DNA from: Auanema rhodensis
Taxonomy: Eukaryota; Animalia; Nematoda
DNA length: 64,000 nucleotides
Direction: 5' to 3'
NCBI GenBank assembly: GCA_964057225.1
Contig: OZ059895.1
Span: 124,001-188,000, forward strand
The notes beneath the pieces were generated by a model, which was not told the origin of the DNA, did not search any database, and saw only the letters and a program-made list of their open reading frames with translations. The position numbers and the translations under genes are program-made. This document shows positions 26,801 to 36,903 of the stretch, one piece after another. Within the stretch, counting starts at the first letter, position 1. Every line of letters begins with the position of its first letter.

Positions 26801-28256
26801 TCATGGTAACCATGACTTTGAAATTTACGTGAACTTTAATTTATGCTAATTAAATGTACACGTGATGTGCACTTGGTTTGTAACTCGCTTCACGTGAAAG
26901 ATAAAGAGATGCGGTTTTCAAAATTAGATTCCCCATGTCCATATTAGTCTAACAACAAATTTTTATTGATATTGGTGCATGGTAACCATGACTTTGAAAT
27001 TTACGTGAACTTTAATTTATGCTAATTAAATGTACACGTGATGTGCACTTGGTATGTAACTCGCTTCACGTGAAAGATAGAGAGATGCGGTTTTCAAAAT
27101 TAGATTCCCCATGTCCATATTAGTCTAAAAACAAATTTTTATTGATATTGGTTCATGGTAACCATGACTTTGAAATTTACGTGAACTTTAATTTATGCTA
27201 ATTAAATGTACACGTGATGTGCACTTGGTATGTAACTCGCTTCACGTGAAAGATAGAGAGATGCGGTTTTCAAAATTAGATTCCCCATGTCCATATTAGT
27301 CTAAAAACAAATTTTTATTGATATTGGTTCATGGTAACCATGACTTTGAAATTTACGTGAACTTTAATTTATGCTAATTAAATGTACACGTGATGTGCAC
27401 TTGGTATGTAACTCGCTTCACGTGAAAGATAAAGAGATGCGGTTTTCAAAATTAGATTCCCCATGTCCATATTAGTCTAAAAACAAATTTTTATTGATAT
27501 TGGTTCATGGTAACCATGACTTTGAAATTTACGTGAACTTTAATTTATGCTAATTAAATGTACACGTGATGTGCACTTGGTATGTAACTTGCTTCACGTG
27601 AAAGATAAAGAGATGCGGTTTTCAAAATTAGATTCCCCATGTCCATATTAGTCTAAAAACAAATTTTTATTGATATTGGTTCATGGTAACCATGACTTTG
27701 AAATTTACGTGAACTTTAATTTATGCTAATTAAATGTACACGTGATGTGCACTTGGTATGTAACTCGCTTCACGTGAAAGATAAAGAGATGCGGTTTTCA
27801 AAATTAGATTCCCCATGTCCATATTAGTCTAAAAACAAATTTTTATTGATATTGGTTCATGGTAACCATGACTTTGAAATTTACGTGAACTTTAATTTAT
27901 GCTAATTAAATGTACACGTGATGTGCACTTGGTATGTAACTCGCTTCACGTGAAAGATAAAGAGATGCGGTTTTCAAAATTAGATTCCCCATGTCCATAT
28001 TAGTCTAAAAACAAATTTTTATTGATATTGGTTCATGGTAACCATGACTTTGAAATTTACGTGAACTTTAATTTATGCTAATTAAATGTACACGTGATGT
28101 GCACTTGGTATGTAACTCGCTTCACGTGAAAGATAAAGAGATGCGGTTTTCAAAATTAGATTCCCCATGTCCATATTAGTCTAACAACAAATTTTTATTG
28201 ATATTGGTGCATGGTAACCATGACTTTGAAATTTACGTGAACTTTAATTTATGCTA
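23829..28256 (-). repeat. Satellite A tandem array, reverse orientation (~25 copies)
   Basis: Reverse complement of the SatA monomer (AATTTACGTGAACTTTAATTTATGCTAATTAAATGTACACGTGATG...) with a 176-bp period, ending at ...TTTATGCTA (28256). Confidence 0.99.
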
Positions 28257-31200
28257 GACAAAAATTTTTTCGAAAAATTTCAAAATAATTTAGCAAAAAG
28301 TAGATGTTTTTAGATTCCTTTTTTCATGGCAAAGACGATGGACAATGTTATTCAACGAAAAAATTAATTCTTCAGGGTGAAAATCGAGGATATAAGTGTG
28401 AACTTATATCAGTTGATATCTCGGTGCATTTTTAAGCTAGCGCAAATCTGATAACACAGATCGACGCAGCTTAAAAATCCGCATCGAATGCACTATACTA
28501 CATTGAGAAACGCTTAATACAAAAATTAGTTATAATCGTTTGAAAAATGATGCATTAGTGTATGTTGAGTTTCCATGTACACTCAACAATGCTTCCAAAA
28601 ACATTTTGACAAAAATTTTTTCGAAAAATTTCAAAATAATTTAGCAAAAAGTAGATGTTTTTAGATTCCTTTTTTCAAGGCAAAGACGATGGACAATGTT
28701 ATTCAACGAAAAAATTATTCCTTCAGGGTGAAAATCGAGGATATAAGTGTGAACTTATATCAGTTGATATCTCGGTGCATTTTTAAGCTAGCGCAAATCT
28801 GATAACACAGATCGACGCAGCTTAAAAATCCGCATCGAATGCACTATACTACATTGAGAAACGCTTAATACAAAAATTAGTTATGATCGTTTGAAAAATG
28901 ATGCATTAGTGTATGTTGAGTTTCCATGTACACTCAACAATGCTTCCAAAAACATTTTGACAAAAATTTTTTCGAAAAATTTCAAAATAATTTAGCAAAA
29001 AGTAGATGTTTTTAGATTCCTTTTTTCATGGCAAAGACGATGGACAATGTTATTCAACGAAAAAATTAATTCTTCAGGGTGAAAATCGAGGATATAAGTG
29101 TGAACTTATATCAGTTGATATCTCGGTGTATTTTTGAGCTAGCGCAAATCTGATAACACAGATCGACGCAGCTTAAAAATCCGCATCGAATGCACTATAC
29201 TACATTGAGAAACGCTTAATACAAAAATTAGTTATGATCCTTTGAAAAATGATGCATTAGTGTATGTTGAGTTTCCATGTACACTCAACAATGCTTCCAA
29301 AAACATTTTGACAAAAATTTTTTCGAAAAATTTCAGAATAATTTAGCAAAAAGTAGATGTTTTTAGATTCCTTTTTTCAAGGCAAAGACGATGGACAATG
29401 TTATTCAACGAAAAAATTAATTCTTCAGGGTGAAAATCGAGGATATAAGTGTGAACTTATATCAGTTGATATCTCGGTGCATTTTTAAGCTAGCGCAAAT
29501 CTGATAACACAGATCGACGCAGCTTAAAAATCCGCATCGAATGCACTATACTACATTGAGAAACGCTTAATACAAAAATTAGTTATGATCGTTTGAAAAA
29601 TGATGCATTAGTGTATGTTGAGTTTCCATGTACACTCAACAATGCTTCCAAAAACATTTTGACAAAAATTTTTTCGAAAAATTTCAAAATAATTTAGCAA
29701 AAAGTAGATGTTTTTAGATTTCTTTTTTCATGGCAAAGACGATGGACAATGTTATTCAACGAAAAAATTAATTCTTCAGGGTGAAAATCGAGGATATAAG
29801 TGTGAACTTATATCAGTTGATATCTCGGTGTATTTTTAAGCTAGCGCAAATCTGATAACACAGATCGACGCAGCTTAAAAATCCGCATCGAATGCACTAT
29901 ACTACATTGAGAAACGCTTAATACAAAAATTAGTTATGATCGTTTGAAAAATGATGCATTAGTGTATGTTGAGTTTCCATGTACACTCAACAATGCTTCC
30001 AAAAACATTTTGACAAAAATTTTTTCGAAAAATTTCAAAATAATTTAGCAAAAAGTAGATGTTTTTAGATTCCTTTTTTCATGGCAAAGACGATGGACAA
30101 TGTTATTCAACGAAAAAATCAATTCTTCAGGGTGAAAATCGAGGATATAAGTGTGAACTTATATCAGTTGATATCTCGGTGTATTTTTAAGCTAGCGCAA
30201 ATCTGATAACACAGATCGACGCAGCTTAAAAATCCGCATCGAATGCACTATACTACATTGAGAAACGCTTAATACAAAAATTAGTTATGATCGTTTGAAA
30301 AATGATGCATTAGTGTATGTTGAGTTTCCATGTACACTCAACAATGCTTCCAAAAACATTTTGACAAAAATTTTTTCGAAAAATTTCAAAATAATTTAGC
30401 AAAAAGTAGATGTTTTTAGATTCCTTTTTTCATGGCAAAGACGATGGACAATGTTATTCAACGAAAAAATTAATTCTTCAGGGTGAAAATCGAGGATATA
30501 AGTGTGAACTTATATCAGTTGATATCTCGGTGTATTTTTAAGCTAGCGCAAATCTGATAACACAGATCGACGCAGCTTAAAAATCCGCATCGAATGCACT
30601 ATACTACATTGAGAAACGCTTAATACAAAAATTAGTTATGATCGTTTGAAAAATGATGCATTAGTGTATGTTGAGTTTCCATGTACACTCAACAATGCTT
30701 CCAAAAACATTTTGACAAAAATTTTTTCGAAAAATTTCAAAATAATTTAGCAAAAAGTAGATGTTTTTAGATTCCTTTTTTCATGGCAAAGACGATGGAC
30801 AATGTTATTCAACGAAAAAATTAATTCTTCAGGGTGAAAATCGAGGATATAAGTGTGAACTTATATCAGTTGATATCTCGGTGTATTTTTAAGCTAGCGC
30901 AAATCTGATAACACAGATCGACGCAGCTTAAAAATCCGCATCGAATGCACTATACTACATTGAGAAACGCTTAATACAAAAATTAGTTATGATCGTTTGA
31001 AAAATGATGCATTAGTGTATGTTGAGTTTCCATGTACACTCAACAATGCTTCCAAAAACATTTTGACAAAAATTTTTTCGAAAAATTTCAAAATAATTTA
31101 GCAAAAAGTAGATGTTTTTAGATTCCTTTTTTCATGGCAAAGACGATGGACAATGTTATTCAACGAAAAAATTAATTCTTCAGGGTGAAAATCGAGGATA

Positions 31201-32810
31201 TAAGTGTGAACTTATATCAGTTGATATCTCGGTGTATTTTTAAGCTAGCGCAAATCTGATAACACAGATCGACGCAGCTTAAAAATCCGCATCGAATGCA
31301 CTATACTACATTGAGAAACGCTTAATACAAAAATTAGTTATAATCGTTTGAAAAATGATGCATTAGTGTATGTTGAGTTTCCATGTACACTCAACAATGC
31401 TTCCAAAAACATTTTGACAAAAATTTTTTCGAAAAATTTCAAAATAATTTAGCAAAAAGTAGATGTTTTTAGATTCCTTTTTTCAAGGCAAAGACGATGA
31501 ACAATGTTATTCAACGAAAAAATTATTCCTTCAGGGTGAAAATCGAGGATATAAGTGTGAACTTATATCAGTTGATATCTCGGTGCATTTTTAAGCTAGC
31601 GCAAATCTGATAACACAGATCGACGCAGCTTAAAAATCCGCATCGAATGCACTATACTACATTGAGAAACGCTTAATACAAAAATTAGTTATGATCGTTT
31701 GAAAAATGATGCATTAGTGTATGTTGAGTTTCCATGTACACTCAACAATGCTTCCAAAAACATTTTGACAAAAATTTTTTCGAAAAATTTCAAAATAATT
31801 TAGCAAAAAGTAGATGTTTTTAGATTCCTTTTTTCATGGCAAAGACGATGGACAATGTTATTCAACGAAAAAATTAATTCTTCAGGGTGAAAATCGAGGA
31901 TATAAGTGTGAACTTATATCAGTTGATATCTCGGTGTATTTTTGAGCTAGCGCAAATCTGATAACACAGATCGACGCAGCTTAAAAATCCGCATCGAATG
32001 CACTATACTACATTGAGAAACGCTTAATACAAAAATTAGTTATGATCCTTTGAAAAATGATGCATTAGTGTATGTTGAGTTTCCATGTACACTCAACAAT
32101 GCTTCCAAAAACATTTTGACAAAAATTTTTTCGAAAAATTTCAAAATAATTTAGCAAAAAGTAGATGTTTTTAGATTCCTTTTTTCAAGGCAAAGACGAT
32201 GGACAATGTTATTCAACGAAAAAATTAATTCTTCAGGGTGAAAATCGAGGATATAAGTGTGAACTTATATCAGTTGATATCTCGGTGCATTTTTAAGCTA
32301 GCGCAAATCTGATAACACAGATCGACGCAGCTTAAAAATCCGCATCGAATGCACTATACTACATTGAGAAACGCTTAATACAAAAATTAGTTATGATCGT
32401 TTGAAAAATGATGCATTAGTGTATGTTGAGTTTCCATGTACACTCAACAATGCTTCCAAAAACATTTTGACAAAAATTTTTTCGAAAAATTTCAAAATAA
32501 TTTAGCAAAAAGTAGATGTTTTTAGATTCCTTTTTTCATGGCAAAGACGATGGACAATGTTATTCAACGAAAAAATTAATTCTTCAGGGTGAAAATCGAG
32601 GATATAAGTGTGAACTTATATCAGTTGATATCTCGGTGTATTTTTAAGCTAGCGCAAATCTGATAACACAGATCGACGCAGCTTAAAAATCCGCATCGAA
32701 TGCACTATACTACATTGAGAAACGCTTAATACAAAAATTAGTTATGATCCTTTGAAAAATGATGCATTAGTGTATGTTGAGTTTCCATGTACACTCAACA
32801 ATGCTTCCAA
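28257..32810 (+). repeat. 8-monomer-offset duplication (2808 bp) in forward SatB; extent approximate
   Basis: TTATAATC at ~28533/31341, TTTTGAGCT at ~29136/31944 and GATCCT at ~29239/32047 are all offset by 2808 = 8x351. Confidence 0.8.
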
Positions 32811-35800
32811 AAACATTTTGACAAAAATTTTTTCGAAAAATTTCAAAATAATTTAGCAAAAAGTAGATGTTTTTAGATTCCTTTTTTCAAGGCAAAGACG
32901 ATGGACAATGTTATTCAACGAAAAAATTAATTCTTCAGGGTGAAAATCGAGGATATAAGTGTGAACTTATATCAGTTGATATCTCGGTGCATTTTTAAGC
33001 TAGCGCAAATCTGATAACACAGATCGACGCAGCTTAAAAATCCGCATCGAATGCACTATACTACATTGAGAAACGCTTAATACAAAAATTAGTTATGATC
33101 GTTTGAAAAATGATGCATTAGTGTATGTTGAGTTTCCATGTACACTCAACATTGCTTCCAAAAACATTTTGACAAAAATTTTTTCGAAAAATTTCAAAAT
33201 AATTTAGCAAAAAGTAGATGTTTTTAGATTCCTTTTTTCAAGGCAAAGACGATGGACAATGTTATTCAACGAAAAAATTATTCCTTCAGGGTGAAAATCG
33301 AGGATATAAGTGTGAACTTATATCAGTTGATATCTCGGTGCATTTTTAAGCTAGCGCAAATCTGATAACACAGATCGACGCAGCTTAAAAATCCGCATCG
33401 AATGCACTATACTACATTGAGAAACGCTTAATACAAAAATTAGTTATGATCCTTTGAAAAATGATGCATTAGTGTATGTTGAGTTTCCATGTACACTCAA
33501 CAATGCTTCCAAAAACATTTTGACAAAAATTTTTTCGAAAAATTTCAAAATAATTTAGCAAAAAGTAGATGTTTTTAGATTCCTTTTTTCATGGCAAAGA
33601 CGATGGACAATGTTATTCAACGAAAAAATTAATTCTTCAGGGTGAAAATCGAGGATATAAGTGTGAACTTATATCAGTTGATATCTCGGTGCATTTTTAA
33701 GCTAGCGCAAATCTGATAACACAGATCGACGCAGCTTAAAAATCCGCATCGAATGCACTATACTACATTGAGAAACGCTTAATACAAAAATTAGTTATGA
33801 TCGTTTGAAAAATGATGCATTAGTGTATGTTGAGTTTCCATGTACACTCAACAATGCTTCCAAAAACATTTTGACAAAAATTTTTTCGAAAAATTTCAAA
33901 ATAATTTAGCAAAAAGTAGATGTTTTTAGATTCCTTTTTTCATGGCAAAGACGATGGACAATGTTATTCAACGAAAAAATTAATTCTTCAGGGTGAAAAT
34001 CGAGGATATAAGTGTGAACTTATATCAGTTGATATCTCGGTGCATTTTTAAGCTAGCGCAAATCTGATAACACAGATCGACGCAGCTTAAAAATCCGCAT
34101 CGAATGCACTATACTACATTGAGAAACGCTTAATACAAAAATTAGTTATGATCCTTTGAAAAATGATGCATTAGTGTATGTTGAGTTTCCATGTACACTC
34201 AACAATGCTTCCAAAAACATTTTGACAAAAATTTTTTCGAAAAATTTCAAAATAATTTAGCAAAAAGTAGATGTTTTTAGATTCCTTTTTTCATGGCAAA
34301 GACGATGGACAATGTTATTCAACGAAAAAATTAATTCTTCAGGGTGAAAATCGAGGATATAAGTGTGAACTTATATCAGTTGATATCTCGGTGCATTTTT
34401 AAGCTAGCGCAAATCTGATAACACAGATCGACGCAGCTTAAAAATCCGCATCGAATGCACTATACTACATTGAGAAACGCTTAATACAAAAATTAGTTAT
34501 GATCGTTTGAAAAATGATGCATTAGTGTATGTTGAGTTTCCATGTACACTCAACAATGCTTCCAAAAACATTTTGACAAAAATTTTTTCGAAAAATTTCA
34601 AAATAATTTAGCAAAAAGTAGATGTTTTTAGATTCCTTTTTTCATGGCAAAGACGATGGACAATGTTATTCAACGAAAAAATTAATTCTTCAGGGTGAAA
34701 ATCGAGGATATAAGTGTGAACTTATATCAGTTGATATCTCGGTGCATTTTTAAGCTAGCGCAAATCTGATAACACAGATCGACGCAGCTTAAAAATCCGC
34801 ATCGAATGCACTATACTACATTGAGAAACGCTTAATACAAAAATTAGTTATGATCGTTTGAAAAATGATGCATTAGTGTATGTTGAGTTTCCATGTACAC
34901 TCAACAATGCTTCCAAAAACATTTTGACAAAAATTTTTTCGAAAAATTTCAAAATAATTTAGCAAAAAGTAGATGTTTTTAGATTCCTTTTTTCATGGCA
35001 AAGACGATGGACAATGTTATTCAACGAAAAAATTAATTCTTCAGGGTGAAAATCGAGGATATAAGTGTGAACTTATATCAGTTGATATCTCGGTGCATTT
35101 TTAAGCTAGCGCAAATCTGATAACACAGATCGACGCAGCTTAAAAATCCGCATCGAATGCACTATACTACATTGAGAAACGCTTAATACAAAAATTAGTT
35201 ATGATCCTTTGAAAAATGATGCATTAGTGTATGTTGAGTTTCCATGTACACTCAACAATGCTTCCAAAAACATTTTGACAAAAATTTTTTCGAAAAATTT
35301 CAAAATAATTTAGCAAAAAGTAGATGTTTTTAGATTCCTTTTTTTATGGCAAAGACGATGGACAATGTTATTCAACGAAAAAATTAATTCTTCAGGGTGA
35401 AAATCGAGGATATAAGTGTGAACTTATATCAGTTGATATCTCGGTGCATTTTTAAGCTAGCGCAAATCTGATAACACAGATCGACGCAGCTTAAAAATCC
35501 GCATCGAATGCACTATACTACATTGAAAAACGCTTAATACAAAAATTAGTTATGATCGTTTGAAAAATGATGCATTAGTGTATGTTGAGTTTCCATGTAC
35601 ACTCAACAATGCTTCCAAAAACATTTTGACAAAAATTTTTTCGAAAAATTTCAAAATAATTTAGCAAAAAGTAGATGTTTTTAGATTCCTTTTTTCATGG
35701 CAAAGACGATGGACAATGTTATTCAACGAAAAAATTAATTCTTCAGGGTGAAAATCGAGGATATAAGTGTGAACTTATATCAGTTGATATCTCGGTGCAT

Positions 35801-36892
35801 TTTTAAGCTAGCGCAAATCTGATAACACAGATCGACGCAGCTTAAAAATCCGCATCGAATGCACTATACTACATTGAAAAACGCTTAATACAAAAATTAG
35901 TTATGATCGTTTGAAAAATGATGCATTAGTGTATGTTGAGTTTCCATGTACACTCAACAATGCTTCCAAAAACATTTTGACAAAAATTTTTTCGAAAAAT
36001 TTCAAAATAATTTAGCAAAAAGTAGATGTTTTTAGATTCCTTTTTTCAAGGCAAAGACGATGGACAATGTTATTCAACGAAAAAATTAATTCTTCAGGGT
36101 GAAAATCGAGGATATAAGTGTGAACTTATATCAGTTGATATCTCGGTGCATTTTTAAGCTAGCGCAAATCTGATAACACAGATCGACGCAGCTTAAAAAT
36201 CCGCATCGAATGCACTATACTACATTGAGAAACGCTTAATACAAAAATTAGTTATGATCGTTTGAAAAATGATGCATTAGTGTATGTTGAGTTTCCATGT
36301 ACACTCAACATTGCTTCCAAAAACATTTTGACAAAAATTTTTTCGAAAAATTTCAAAATAATTTAGCAAAAAGTAGATGTTTTTAGATTCCTTTTTTCAA
36401 GGCAAAGACGATGGACAATGTTATTCAACGAAAAAATTATTCCTTCAGGGTGAAAATCGAGGATATAAGTGTGAACTTATATCAGTTGATATCTCGGTGC
36501 ATTTTTAAGCTAGCGCAAATCTGATAACACAGATCGACGCAGCTTAAAAATCCGCATCGAATGCACTATACTACATTGAGAAACGCTTAATACAAAAATT
36601 AGTTATGATCGTTTGAAAAATGATGCATTAGTGTATGTTGAGTTTCCATGTACACTCAACAATGCTTCCAAAAACATTTTGACAAAAATTTTTTCGAAAA
36701 ATTTCAAAATAATTTAGCAAAAAGTAGATGTTTTTAGATTCCTTTTTTCAAGGCAAAGACGATGGACAATGTTATTCAACGAAAAAATTAATTCTTCAGG
36801 GTGAAAATCGAGGATATAAGTGTGAACTTATATCAGTTGATATCTCGGTGCATTTTTAAGCTAGCGCAAATCTGATAACACAGATCGACGCA
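28257..36892 (+). repeat. Satellite B tandem array, 351-bp monomer, forward orientation (~24.6 copies)
   Basis: GACAAAAATTTTTTCGAAAAA starts at 28257, 28608, 28959, giving a 351-bp period. The block ends at ...CAGATCGACGCA (36892). The strand label is arbitrary. Confidence 0.99.
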
Positions 36893-36903
36893 AAAATGTT
36901 ATG
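36893..36903. other. SatB strand-switch junction with ~11-bp templated insertion (AAAATGTTATG)
   Basis: These bases are out of register with both flanks. AAAATGTT matches 36911-36918 and ATGTTTT (36901-36907) matches 36914-36920. Confidence 0.88.

Noticed and set aside
28389-28478. tRNA, 5S or other ncRNA gene, or a rho-independent terminator, in the SatB hairpins
   Set aside because: There is no cloverleaf, no recognisable Pol III box A/B and no rRNA similarity, and no upstream gene exists to terminate.
28257-28607. Homology between SatA and SatB from shared words (TTAGATTCC, GTGAACTT, AAATTTCAAA, CCGCATC, ATGTACAC)
   Set aside because: The matches are 7-10 bp, lie on mixed strands and are not collinear, which is expected by chance in AT-rich sequence unless an alignment test shows otherwise.
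23829-36892. A large transposon or foldback element bounded by inverted repeats
   Set aside because: The inverted arms are simply the satellite arrays, with no distinct termini, transposase or internal unique sequence.
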